From assembly GCA_040954595.2 (NCBI GenBank), contig CM082593.2, forward strand, positions 11,855,477-11,919,476: a stretch of 64,000 nt of DNA, read 5' to 3'. Within the stretch, counting starts at the first letter, position 1; each line of letters starts with the position of its first letter. The position numbers and the translations under genes were made by a program. This document shows positions 12,290-24,830 of the stretch, piece by piece. Below the pieces are notes generated by a model, which was not told the origin of the DNA, ran no database searches, and saw only the letters and a list, made by a program, of their open reading frames with translations. This DNA comes from Balanoglossus misakiensis (taxonomy: Eukaryota > Animalia > Hemichordata).

Positions 12290-12603
12290 AAGCAATAAAA
12301 CACCCCCAGCCATGGTATACCACGAGATTTTGACCAGTTCACGACATATACGCACGAGCGATAGCGAGTGCGTATATGGAGTTGAACTGGTCAAAATCGA
12401 GTGGTATACCATGGCTGGGGGTGTTTTATTGCTATTATATTATGCCAGTATATTGAAACTTTGCATAAAACATTTTAAAAAGGCATTTTCTTTGACTATG
12501 ATATATGACTGTGGTATATGGCTAATATATCCTGGTCACGTGTCGTGTCTCGACCAATCAAATAGCGTGATTTACACCTTCAATATACTGGTATAATATA
12601 ATT
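12290..12603. mobile_element. ~314-bp double-hairpin element without TSD (Crypton-like non-autonomous, tentative)
   Basis: Imperfect palindrome 12291-12433 (agcaataaaacacccccagccatggtatacc...ggtataccatggctgggggtgttttattgct) plus a second 24-bp inverted repeat (12434-12457 / 12579-12602). Clean empty site atttgatttccac at ~45191-45203. Confidence 0.7.
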
Positions 12604-15600
12604 CCACATATGGATTACATGTGGGATAATATTGGGTGCTGGCAGTTTCAGTAAATGAACTGCTCTTAAAAGTTGGGTGTCAGGGCACCCTTGACTTCTT
12701 ATTGTTCAGTTATACATTTAGGAGGCTCAGTTATAGGAGAACCCGATAGAACCACAGCTGTAGGAATTAGGGAAATGGTCATACCCTAAAAAACTTATGT
12801 CACTACTATTTTTTTTTCATGCCATTGAAACAGAACAAACTCCATGTAGGCCAAGTCCATGCCTGAACAATGGGCGGTGTACTCAGCTGTCTTGTACAAC
12901 TTATGAGTGTACTTGTCCAGGATGTTTCACCGGCACACACTGCAGCCAGTGTAAAACTCATTAAAACAAACATTTGTCATGCAGGAACTAACATTTACAA
13001 TCATGTCTCAATACATTGTCTGTTGGTCATACTTTATATTTTCATCTTCAGCATCACACCTTGGTCCTTGGGAATCGGTCACCTCAAAAATGATGTACAG
13101 CTGAAAGAAAACATGTTTATTTGAAGAAAAAACTGTTGATCGTTCATGAAAATTTTCCCTACACAAGATACATATACAGAGATTTTCATAGCCCCATAAG
13201 TGCGTCCCAGAATGAGCAAGTTGTTTTTGGAAGTGAAGTTCCGTTCAGTATTTACAGTAATGGTAATGATGATGTTTTCATCAAACAGATTTTGAAAGTA
13301 AATATTGCTGAGATAACATTAGGTTGCACTTTTTATTGCAGTCCAAGATCCAGGCCAGCGAAACAGCTGTCTCAACGGGGCTGTATGTAATGCAGTGGCC
13401 AACTCCTGCACGGCATATACCTGTGCCTGTACTGGTTGCTATGAGGGTAACCGTTGTGAAATATGTAAGTTTCTGACGTACCGTAAATGACAATCTTTTG
13501 GGCACTTTCTCTTCATGGCAATTGAATTGTGTGGTAACTTCTCATTTCTAAAATTTCCCCAAGAGAAAAGAAAGGAAAAGGAAACAGAAATTTCATTTGT
13601 ATGTCCGTGCAATTTAGGATAGGCACGAACTTGTGAGGAAGTGTACGAAGTTGGATGTTTTCATCACTCAAATATACAAGAGTTGCCTCTTGAAGACTAG
13701 TGTCTGTAGAGATAATTGTGCATGTGAGGTAATCTCTCCTAAGGTGGTGCACACCTCTGAGTATTAAGTAAAAGAGACGTCCTTAATTATCCTTACTATT
13801 TGGCTTGAAAAATCAATCTTACTAGGTGTTCTGATTAGAGAGGTGTCCATAAAGACAGGTTTTACTGTATTACCCAAAATAGAGACATTGTCCCTTCATC
13901 ATATACTTAATGCGTGTTCTGGGTATGGTTCCAGTATAATGCTTGTGTCAAAGGATTTTGTTGTGGTGCAGGAATCATCTTTGGTTGAGGTGTAGCCATC
14001 TGCATTTCATGTGTTTTAAACTATTTTTTTTTCTGATTGTCATTAACCCATGTGATCAGAATCCGTGTCAAAATAGAGGCTATTGTTCCAAAACACCAAA
14101 TTCTTATACTGACTACACCTGTTACTGCCAGTAGTGTTGGACTGGGGCCATCTGTGCCGTAGGTGTGTCGAATTACTGTTTTATGACACAGCGTGGTATA
14201 TAAACCCTCATTTTTGGTATTCTCAATGTGATAGATGGACCCATACACCAATAAATGGGGTGGAAGCATTACTAAGTTTCATCCTTTCAAAATTTGCTGA
14301 TGTAGGGTCAAAATTGAGTGTGAGGTGCATGTTAAAAAGGAAAGCCTTCTGTATCATGTTGATGGCACATTTTTTTAATTTTTCAAGATTCTTACAGAAA
14401 AATCCTAGCAATAGCATCATTATGTTATTTTAAATGTAAAGGTTTGAAACAAGGAATGAAGACATTGCTCACATATTTAAACGAAATGAACATCACAAGT
14501 ACATGTACAAGTTTTTGACAAGCAGGTAATTGATACTTTCATTTTTGTTTTGGCAGCCATTGATCAGTTATACCCTATGCCTTGTCAAAATGGTGGCACA
14601 TGCGTTGCGTGAGACGGCTGTTTCCTGTTTGACTGTATGTACCGAATGCTTCACTGGTGCCACATGTGCAATGCGTAAGTACTAACCAATATTATTTTAT
14701 TCAATGCAAAACACTTGTTATATATTATATAATATAAGTACGGTACACATATTAAAGCCCTGGTAACTCAAACTTTGGGCTAGCTTAATGTTATCACTAT
14801 TTTTGTTTTCGGTTGCAACTGTGGTTTCTTGTCACACTCTAAAGGATTTCACAGCATTTGGTTTTTCAAAACAGCCCTTTGGTTGTTGTCATGTATACAT
14901 GTACATGACTGTGGAGTGTAGTTTGTAGATTCTGTAATTTTGACAATATCTTGACTGCACATCCCACAGCTGTCAACCAGTGTCAACCCATCCAGTGTCG
15001 GAATGGTGGAAACTGTGTGCTGACGCCCAATTGGTGTACTGAATTCACATGCTCCTGTACAAGCTGTTACTCCGGCGATTTATGTCAGACATGTGAGTGA
15101 TTTTATATTTCAGATGAAGAGGAACATAATAACATAACACATAATCGGCTTGCAGTTGGTTTCTTCCAACCTGTATCAAACAGTGAATAACGACACAATT
15201 TTGGGGAAATGTATTAAGAATGTGTGTGCCATAAAAGGGGATTGTGTATTTGACCAAATAACAACCTGCAACGTATGGTACACTAAGACACTATTACACC
15301 TGTGTCAAAATTTCATTACGTTTCTTTTGTTGAACATGGAAGAAATTTGTCACAGTGATGTTCTGTTGACCAACTGAGATTTTTACCACTAAACCCTGAC
15401 TGCACAAATCTGTTTAAAGTATATGTAGTAAATATTAACTGTACACAATTTATATCACTTTCTCTTCTGTGCACAGATTTGAATCCGTGTCAGCCCAACC
15501 CTTGTCTAAACAGTGGATTCTGCCAGCAAGTGCCCTGCACTGAGTTCAGATGCCAGAGTCCACGCTGTTTCATCGGAACCACGTGCGCTGAACGTAAGCA

Positions 15601-16175
15601 AACCAGTGTCAGATTTCCCGCACAAAGTAGAAATCGCTGGGCTTTGTCATTGATATTGTCTCAATAAAGTTGCCTGTGATTGTGCAGCTAACCAAGAGAC
15701 TTATATGCACTACGGTAGCCATGATGAATACTTTCATTGACTCAAATGCTCATCAGTGTAGATGTTGCTATTTTTCCAACCGTAAATTGAAACATCAGAA
15801 AGTTATGACATCAACTACCCCCACCCCCACCCCACCCACCCCCAACTAGTAAATATTATAAGATTCAGTAATTATGATAAAGATGGTAGCACCAAGCTTG
15901 GATCAAGTGATCTTCATTATCCTTCACACATGAACATGATCACACGGATGTGCAATCTTCTGACAGTCTGCTACAGATTTCACTTCCCACTCAAGTGTGT
16001 AAGACCCTAATGTGATACTTTTCATTTCTCTCACCCTTAGCGATCAACCAGTGTCTTCTAAACCCATGTCTGAATAACAGAGTGTATCAGCCACTTCAAG
16101 GCTCCTGCTCAATCTAAACCTGCAACTGTCCAACCTGCTACACTGGGCAAACATGTGTTACATGTAAGTCACAAG

Positions 16176-17200
16176 TTTTTAGGTCCCATTGGTATGTACC
16201 ATGGGAACTTATGGGATTGGTTACGTCTGTATGTATGGATGGATGGATGGATGTATGTCTGTATGTCCGTCCACATGAAAAACTTGAAAACCGCAGCGCG
16301 TATGACCTCGATATTTGGCGTGTAGATGCAGGCAGGGCTGTAGATGGGAGTTTGTTCAAATGAAGATGTCATTGCCAAAAATATGCAAATTAGCTGGGAA
16401 AATGTGAAATTGGTCAAAACTCAAAAACTGGACAACCACTGGTCATATTGATTTGAAAAATGGTATGCATGTACCTTATATCAACCTCATACAACCCTGT
16501 ATGTTTTGAGCTAATATTATCGATTTCCTATTTTTTTTGCATTTTTTTGTATTTTTCCATGTTATTGGTAAAAGTCTTTGAAATTTAGTATGAAGCCTCC
16601 TAATGTTGTCTAAGTAACCATAGTTTTGTTCAAATTGTTGCAAAATTTGCATATCTATAATTTTGAGCATTATTTGCCATTTTTGGTCAAAAAATGTTTT
16701 TCTTTAAAACCTCATGCCAGATTGCTTTGCAATTTGGTAGGCATGTTCGTAGGGGTAACCTAAATAATATGTTGTAAAAAATGTGATATTTGCATAAATG
16801 TGTTATCGGGGAAACTTTTGCAATTTTTGTCAAAAATTGTTTTCACTGAAACCGCTTGTCCTATTGCATTGAACTTAGGCAGCATGTTCCTTGTAGTGAT
16901 TGAAGTAAGATATTGTACAATTTTGGTGATATTTGCATATTTGTGTTTTTGCCACTTTTGAACAAATATTTTCTGTGAAACTGCTTGTTGGATTGCTTTG
17001 AAATTAGTTTTTTCTCTGATTGCTTTGAAATTTAGGATATAATTTCATAACACATACCTGTATATGTGCAACTTTTATTCAATTCTGAGATCAGAAAGAT
17101 TAAATATTTAGCAAGTTTTTTTGGTAAGTTTCTTTGTTTTTGGTTAGCAAATCTTCTCCTAAACAAATTGTCCAGTTGTTTTTAAAGTTACTATTTACAA
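16176..17200 (+). mobile_element. Older degenerate HINE-like element (also at ~31105-32130 and ~49216-50240)
   Basis: T-run then hairpin aggtcccattggta-tg-taccatgggaact, (TGGA/TGTA)n microsatellite and degenerate internal repeats (gattgctttgaaattt); 3' end not resolved. Confidence 0.5.
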
Positions 17201-18709
17201 GGAGTTGTTACCTCGAACAAAGACATGTTTACATAACTTAAATAGGCCAGCTGTTACAGAGACCACCAGCTATCACATTTTAATTACCAGTGGCAGGTCA
17301 GTGTGTGTCTGTTCCAGGGCTGACTGAAAGAAGTTGCTTCGCATATGTGTTTGTGTACAGACAATTTTTGGTCAATTTTTTTTTCTAGCACCACTTGTAA
17401 GACTGCCATGACACATGACAGTTTATTGGGCATGTTCCTTGTTAATGTTTTTACATTGCATATTTCTATATGGTCAGATCATAAGTGCTTGCAAATGTCA
17501 CCTGTAATTTTTATTCTGCTGTGTCACTGTTTCCGCATAATCCTCAAATGTCATCAGATCTCCGAATGTGATGAAAACAGTGTGTTTTGAGTGGGTTTTT
17601 TTAATGACCTTTTGGGTTAAAAGTGGCAAAAATGGCAATTTTGTCTTCAAAGGGGTCAATAAGACTGACTTTTTTGGAATCAGCACCATTTTTTACATTG
17701 AATGGACTAGTCTGCTCAAACTTTCCTTACCAAAAATTCTGTTTAATCTTCTGTAACATGTATACTAGTGTACATGTAGCTGCCTGATAGTTTGCCCTGT
17801 GTGTGTAATTGCTGAGTGACATAACGCATTCTGTGATTGATGCAGTCACGTAACCACCAATCGAACGATTGTTATAAGGAGAACTGCACGACCTTTAACC
17901 GCATTAGCATACCTGATTTTTAGGGCTCGATATTACCTCTGAGGACGCAATATTTAAGTTGAAGTTTTTTTATTTTATCATATTAGAGCAAGAAGACTTG
18001 TCTTTTATGTAAAAGAAATAGACCCTAATATACAGAGTGCATTTTGAAACGATAGGCAGTTCCGGCCCATAGCCTAATTCTTCATTTTTCTGTCATGCGT
18101 AGGAATTGATTAGTGCTAACAACCCATGTCAAAATGGCAGCACTTGCCAACCCTAACCTCGTGTGTGGCATTGACGTGCACCTGCCAAGGATGCTTTACT
18201 GGGAGCGCTGTGAAAATTGTCAGTCAGTTTCTTTTGTCAAATTAATCAATATGTGTGGGACTGCTATACATGTATATAAAACAGAATACTGCGATGGAAA
18301 ATTCTATAACTTAATGTTTCAGTGGATATATGACTTAAAGTTAGCAGTATGCAGTGAATTCAACAGAAAGTGTAATTTCCTCTTGTGTGAGCTCTGTGCG
18401 ACTGTGCCAATGAAAATCTCACCACAAACAAAAATGACAGGTATACACTGTATATTAGCAGCTTTGTCTCTGTAATAGCCATAGTGTTTTGAAGTTGAAA
18501 ACTTGCAAAGTGTGCAGTTTTATTCACACTACAAAGGAAACATTGTTGAAACGGATTATCTGTGTACATTGTCAAACTGTACACTTGTCGCGAGATTTAT
18601 TCTCAATTATATTACTAGTATATCATGCTACCGTCCGCAACTCTGATTGGACGAGAGCTAAATCCAGCGATGCTAAAATACTCAATAATGCACTGCTGAC
18701 AGTGGTAAA

Positions 18710-19040
18710 ACGGGCTTTCTGTTTGCCACATGGGTTTGTTCTTTAGGTTGTTGTATGTGTTTACACCCATCATGTTTATTGTAGAACCAGGGTCGATCAG
18801 TGAGGCAACTGCTGTTTGTTCTATCTGCACTGTTACTCGAGGCCTCCTGCCATTTGATTGTTGTACAGTGAAGCAGTATTCATCTCCCGAGCTGTCTTCC
18901 ACTTTATGCACAGCTTTGACAGTTTTATCCTTGTCTACCCTATTTGCCTTGCCTTTTGAATGGTAGCATTTGGCTAAATGGTTAGGTTTGCCACACTTCC
19001 TGCATGACTTGCCTTTAGCTGGACATACTGAGTCATGTGG
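18710..19040 (-). mobile_element. Gypsy gag-protease relic, copy 1 (LTR side deleted)
   Basis: ORF 18615..19046 with CPAKGKSCRKCGKPNHLAKC and LIDPGSTIN. Confidence 0.82.
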
Positions 19041-19042
19041 TA

Positions 19043-19232
19043 CCATTATTAAAATAGGGGCCAGTCATCAAAACGTAAGTGAGCCAAAAAACTACAGGTC
19101 AGATAAATTGTTTTCTCGTAAATTCAACATTAGAATCAAATTTGGCGTTGGAAACAAACGGCGGGTCGCCAGTTCCTGGTCTGGAGGCTGGTAGAGTCAC
19201 GTCTTGAAGACTGGCCCCTATTTTAATAATGG
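19043..19232. mobile_element. ~190-bp MITE-like foldback unique to copy 1
   Basis: ccattattaaaataggggccagtc...gactggcccctattttaataatgg, 24-bp perfect and ~34-bp imperfect inverted repeat. Confidence 0.6.
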
Positions 19233-19492
19233 CATTGTCATGACCGGCCAACCTTTGACCTCGGAGACCACAATGTAGAGCTATCGATCAGCTTTTCGCG
19301 TTTCAATCAAACATTGCAATCACGGGCTAAAATCACTAACTAGTTGATACCTTTTTCGGTGTTTCATCTAACCTTTGAAAGGAGTATAATAAAAATGAAA
19401 TGACCGCACGTAATGTGCATTTCTTGTTCACGTGTGGGGACTATATGTGTGCGTAATGATCCAAATGCAAGGGGTCGTGTGAACAGGCCTTA

Positions 19493-19982
19493 AATAATGA
19501 GTTTGCGTTAAATAATGAGTTTGCGTTAAATAATAAGTTGACAAACGGCGCGAGTGCATTTTTTCATGGTTTAGAAATCACTTATTTATATATAATTCAT
19601 TATATAATGTAAATCACTCATGATATATATATAATAGACTTGCACTTAAATTATTTATAAATCACTCATGATATATATATAATACACTTAAATTTTTTTT
19701 ATTTATAAATAATTAATTATATATAAATAATTATGTACATCACTCATGATATATATATAATAGACTGACACTGACATTGTTTATAAATAATTCATTATAT
19801 ATAAATAAAAGAGCATAAAATACATTTTATGTATATAATTGAATCGACTTGAAATTATTTATAAATAAATTGTCAGGACTTAAATGGTTTGCAAATCTAT
19901 AATTACATACATATAAGTATGTTAAATAACGACTTTTGAACAAATAATTTAGCTAAATAATAAGTTAACACATGGCACCCCA
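19493..19982. repeat. Very AT-rich degenerate tandem repeats
   Basis: taaataatgagtttgcgt x2-3 and atcactcatgatatatatataata x3 (19613, 19661, 19739). Confidence 0.7.
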
Positions 19983-20362
19983 TACAAACATTACGTCCAG
20001 TCCAAATATTCTGCCAATTTTACATCCAATGCATTCAAATAGTGGACTGCTTCGCTTTCATCCAGTTTTCATGTGCATCGTATAAGTAGACTTTTGTTTT
20101 GTCCCGTCTTTTCACCGAATTTGCTCTTTTCCAAATCTCCGACACAGACTATGATCGTCACATTCTTGTCTGTTGTTAGAACAGCACACTGCCATATGGC
20201 ATTGACTGTATACAGTTTCTGTTACCAATATCTCTGGTTTGGCATTTTCCTGTCCTCAATCTTTTGCCAGGGATTTTTGTGTCCCCAACCCGCGTGAGAA
20301 TCCCACGTCTTTGAAGGTATGACTGTGACTATAAGATTCTATAAATCTCTGTTTATTTTCAG

Positions 20363-20988
20363 CACAAACATCATGTGCTGATTGCCCAGCTGGTAACCAA
20401 TGTCCAAATGGTAACACTGTGATTTTATGCTCGGCTGGTTATTACAGTTCGGCCTTGGACAAAGGATGTCTCGCTGTACCTCTTGCATAACAGGTAAACT
20501 TCTACCCACCAACCTTTATTTCCAACATCAAACATTAGGTCAGGTAATTTACTAACTGAAAAATAGGATGGGAACATTTTCCATTTCTGTATTTAAAATT
20601 TACTGATATAATATATGAATGAAAAAATGACAATTTTTCCAAATTTGAATAGACCTCTATTTATGAAAATAATTAAAATTTGCGCCAATTTTTTACAGTG
20701 GTATTCAAAGGTTAACTTGGTGTGTAAATTCTTTGTTTGATTTACAGATCAGCCGGTGCTGAACAGTGTACTATTTGTGAGCAAGGGTACGCCTGCACAG
20801 ATCCCAGTGCATCGCAATTCAAGTGTACCAAGGGTTACATGTCATTGGCTGGTGCAACAAACTGTACCAGATGTACAAATGGTAAGATTGTGGTACTTGT
20901 TCAGTTTGCTGTGTGATTAAACTGAGTGGTATGTGTGTATGCATGTATGTGTTTACAACAGATTTTCAAGTCAGTGCGACTGGGGTTA

Positions 20989-21020
<32 letters not shown>

Positions 21021-22964
21021 TACAACAGATTATCAACTCAGTGCGAAATCTTGCGAGACCCGGTTAGCCATGTGAGATCTCGCAGAGTCTTATGATATTC
21101 AGAAAATGGTTGATTAGAAATGACGTTTAATGTCCTCCAAAGAATTTTCTACATGCCCGTATACTTGTCTCAGAATTATGAAGTGAATCATCTCAAGTAA
21201 TTTGTTATTTTAAATGACACTGTATCACAAATACTTCACTAAAAACCTCATTTTCTTTAATCAGATGAAATAAGTGAGGAGCCTGCACGCACATCCCGTC
21301 TTCTGTGCCCTGCTGGACAATCGTGTTCAGATCCAATGTAAGATCCGCTTGACTGTGGCAATGGTGAATATGCTATGGAAGGCGACGGCACATGCACGCC
21401 TTGTCCAGCAGGATCCAAGTGTCCAACCATGTCACCCGTAGTTGATTGTTCAACAGTTACTGGTAAGTTGGGCTGCAAATTACTCTTATGACTTCCCTGT
21501 GTTATAGCATGACATACACAGAAAATTAAACTGTTATGCTCATTGGAGTTGATATTGTGATGCACTTTGAAAAACACAATGATTCCACTGAAGAGGTATT
21601 GTACAGTAACACCTGTGATTACGGACATCTCTCTAATAAGGGATCGTTGGACCAAACCAATCGTTCTTTGAATTTTTTCTGTGATAGGTTCATACTCGCT
21701 AGGTTCGGCCAAGTCCTTCTGGTTATGAATGCACAACTACAAATGTCACACAGTGCGCTACAGGGAAGTAAAGTGTTGAAGGAGGTAAGTCTTGAAATCT
21801 CTTTTCTTCTGGTCTCGATTTGAACATGGTTCCACAAGTTGTTTACATCACTTGTAGTTTTACATATTTTTTTAGTTCAACAGCTATGCTATACATGGTG
21901 TCCTGAGAAGTCGACCAGTATGAGAAGTCGGTATCGGCCAGTACGAGAAGTCGGCCTGTGGGAGAGAACCCTGGTACTTTGTGTTATATATAACTGTTTC
22001 ACTACGAAATGTTTCCTTGATGTACAGGAGCTGAGATATTTGTACAAATAGCCGATGAATTTTAAAACTGTCTGTTCACTTTTCATGTACATCACCGGGG
22101 TACGTCAACATCAGTCACCTGCACTTCTTGAGCTGCGCCAGTAGTCTGTTCCTTGTCACGTTTGTTTGTTTGTTTGTTTGTTTGTTTGGTGTTGTCTCAG
22201 AAAGTATGAATATACACATACATCTTCTATGTATTTTAGTAGGCTTTGAAACAACTCCCTTTAATCAGAAATGTCACAGGAATTTGGCGAACAACCTAAG
22301 CTCCTTACGCGGATACGGGGCTGGGGAACTGGTACGGATGCCAGACGCCATTATTTGAAATGACGCCATTGTGTTGTCAAGAATTTGGGAAATCCGTCCA
22401 AATGAAAATATTTAGTGCAATTATATTTTATTAAGTGTTGTTATAAGTAATCTGGGTCATCACTGCACTATTCGGGTACAAGTTTAACAACTGGCTGACT
22501 CTTCGTACTGGCCGACTTCTCATACGCGCGTAGTGGCCGACTTCTAATCTGGCCGACTTCTCATGTATTCCTATACATTAGTGAAAATTGGGGAAACTGG
22601 TGTTTTCAGACAACTTATGAAGTCCCTTTCGCAATATTAACTCTAAAACAGCGGGTGATATTCCTTTTAAAATTTAACCAAATAAGCATACTTGAACTCT
22701 GTCATATCGGCAAAACACTCACTACACAAGCTGCTGTTATTCTACAGACATGACATGTGCTGATTGCGGCGTAGGTAACTACTGTCCAGATGGGTCAGAC
22801 AGCCCCATTCCTTGTCCATCAAGTTATTATGCTGACACAGCCACAGAAGTATCCTGTACCCCTTGCGATCCAGGCTGTCAGTGTGCAGCAACATCACCCA
22901 CTTGCCTGCACATCAAGAACCTACTCTCTGGGACCATCAACAACATGTACTCCCCTTCTACCAG
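20363..22964 (+). pseudogene. Cysteine-rich repeat exons (CPAGxxCP / CxxGxY, ephrin-receptor-like or GCC2_GCC3-type), copy 1
   Basis: Exons 20363-20493 (QTSCADCPAGNQCPNG), 20748-20881 (SAGAEQCTICEQGYACTDPSASQFKCTKGYMSLAGATNCTRCTN), 21265-21462 (CPAGQSCSDPM*DPLDCGNGEYAMEGDGTCTPCPAGSKCP), 22748-22964 (MTCADCGVGNYCPDGSDSPIPCPSSYYADTATEVSCTPCDPG, frameshift). Confidence 0.78.
21897..22570. mobile_element. Non-autonomous DNA transposon with 8-bp TSD and subterminal repeats (MULE- or hAT-like); also 41100-41755 and 60814-61469
   Basis: TSD ctatacat at 21889-21896 and 22571-22578; repeated gagaagtcggccagta motif on the left, inverted (tactggccgacttctc) and repeated on the right. Confidence 0.7.
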
Positions 22965-24360
22965 GTTTGTAGTCGTCTTAGTCGTAAAAACATATTTAAG
23001 GTGTTGGGCACCTCGAAATAAAGGGTCGTCTGATCATGTTAAAATTAATACTGATGATACTATGACTTCTAAACATTTAATCTATGGAATAAAAATTGGG
23101 GGTCAACCATCTAGAGTTTTGAAAAAGCGCCCTTTATCTAGCACCTCTTTCAGATTTTGCCAGGCTCGTAGATTTTTGTAAAATGGCCTCAAAAATAAGA
23201 ATTTTGGAAGGTTTGTCATATTTTTTCACCATTGTAGAATCTAAATGTTCTGAATTATTTTATTTTTAGCAATTTTGAGATTGCTTCATGTTCAGTATGA
23301 TAATCGCATGTCAATACAACTGTTACATTAAAGGAAAAGTTCAAATCCGCCTAAAACCACATTGCATTGGTACCTAGTTAAGTTGTCCTCACTTCTGACG
23401 CAAAATTTTGATGTGCAATGCACGTGTCTGTGAAATTGACGAATAAAAAAATTGTATACCAGTGCAAAATTAAAAACTCCCTGTGCAGCCTTCTTGGCAA
23501 CTGTATGCTGGGAAAAGTACTCGGATGATGACGAAAAAGTTTCGGGGTTCCGGGTAGTGCTACCCCGGAATACAATGTTGGGTGCGGACTCCAACTATGG
23601 AAAAGAGATGCAGAATGTCATGTGATATAGTAGTGAAAACAAATACACGTTGGTTCACGTATTTCAGCTCTCAGCAATCAGGGTGCATTAAAAGGCCTTG
23701 ATTGGTGTGATATTCACAATTGATGATTATAAATACTTACAGTTGTATACTGTTTTATTTTGTAAATATTGTGTACATTTGCAGCAATGAATCCGTGCGA
23801 ACACAAACCTTAACCCATGCCGGAATGCTGGTACTTGCCAAGCAATCCAGGGATCTTGTACAGGCATCACATGTCTATGTGCTGGCTGCTACCTGGGCTT
23901 CACATGTGAAACACGTGAGTACAGTACTTTGTCATTTATTAAAAAATCTAAGTGCTGAGGTACATTGTAGTAATAATAGCAGGTGTAGTCATTATCATCA
24001 TCATCATCATCTTTAAGTCAGTCATATGATCGGTAATAAAAACAGTAAAACACCAGTATAAAAACATAACAGAGAAATAATGAACGTGTACTGATGTTAC
24101 CATAGGTAACTGTTGTATAAAATTTTGAATTCCTGTCTTCCAGTTCCTAATCCATGCTTCACTAGTCCTTGTCTCAATGGAGGTACCTGCCAACAACAGG
24201 CAAATTCTTGTACTGCCACCATTGGCATGTGCACAGAGTGTTACTAGGGAAACAGGTGTGAGACAAGTAAGTTTGAATCTATAGCAGTTAATAATGATAA
24301 TTATCATTTTTTTTATTATGATTTAAACTTCACTGATGTTGTACAAACACAAAAATAGAA

Positions 24361-24830
24361 ATAATAATAATAATAATAATAATTTATTTGTATAGCGTCA
24401 GTATCCACAAAAAATGTGATCAATGACGCTTAAAGCAAAAGTACAATACAACACAACAAATGGCTAAAAAACAGATTTAAAAAGTAAAGTTTTAACATTT
24501 GATTTAAAAACAGATAAGTCTGGTGCCTGGCGAATGGTGAGTGGAAGATTATTCCAAAGAATTGGAGCAGCAACAGTAAAAGCACGATCACCATAACTCT
24601 TGGTGCGTGATCGAACAGGGCAGAGTTTGAACTGATCAGCTGACCTCAAATTGCGACACGGAACATATAGATTAGTCATGCTAGAAAGATAGATTGGACC
24701 AAGTTTATGAATGGATTTAAAAATGAGAACTAACATCTTAAAAACAATACGCTCTGTAACAGGTAGCCAGTGCAACTGATACAAAATTGGAGTGATGTGA
24801 CAGGTGATTTTTGAACGAGTAACAATTAGA
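24361..24830 (-). mobile_element. L2/CR1-clade LINE 3' end, copy 2
   Basis: ORF 24464..24784; uninterrupted (AAT)n tail. Confidence 0.88.

Larger units (their letters stand above)
493..18218 (+). pseudogene. Multi-EGF-repeat (fibropellin/Notch-like extracellular) gene fragment, 12 exons, copy 1
   Basis: AG..GT-bounded phase-1 exons at 493-622 (+1 frameshift), 852-974 (TAG), 10126-10248 (intact, LNQCPPNPCQNGGFCQPARNSCFDLTCICTGCYKGDRCEI), 10803-10917+12043-12044 (split by a MITE), 12834-12950 (intact), 13342-13464, 14040-14162 (acceptor TG, TAG), 14557-14674 (TGA, -2), 14970-15092 (intact), 15477-15593, 16041-16163 (TAA), 18103-18218 (several lesions). No start, signal-peptide or terminal exon seen. 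Confidence 0.88.
1..23292 (+). repeat. Tandem segmental duplication, copy 1 (expanded by ~8.4 kb of HINE insertions; ~6.7 kb of the unit replaced by 0.94 kb at 19041-19982)
   Basis: Sequence at 1 recurs at 23293, 42072 and 61786; ORF-track translations recur almost identically (36..302 vs 23328..23594 vs 42107..42373). Confidence 0.97.

Noticed and set aside
13790-13870. Tc1/mariner-pogo-like terminus (agaggtgtccataaagacaggttttactgta) and a similar one at ~21602
   Set aside because: Only one end is recognisable at each site, with no matching TIR or TSD, so it was not called as a feature.
15816-15843. C-rich run (potential G-quadruplex on the - strand)
   Set aside because: Short low-complexity intronic tract, repeated only because of the duplication; no evidence of function.
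493-18218. Assigning a gene symbol such as Notch, fibropellin, crumbs or SCUBE
   Set aside because: No LNR, ankyrin, CUB, avidin or LamG exons and no Ca-binding EGF consensus across the exons; orthology cannot be set from EGF repeats alone.
22995-23660. Possible Kolobok-like element(s) starting at ttaaggtg (~22996) or ttaaagg (~23328)
   Set aside because: Repeat-like composition, but no matching opposite terminus could be identified.
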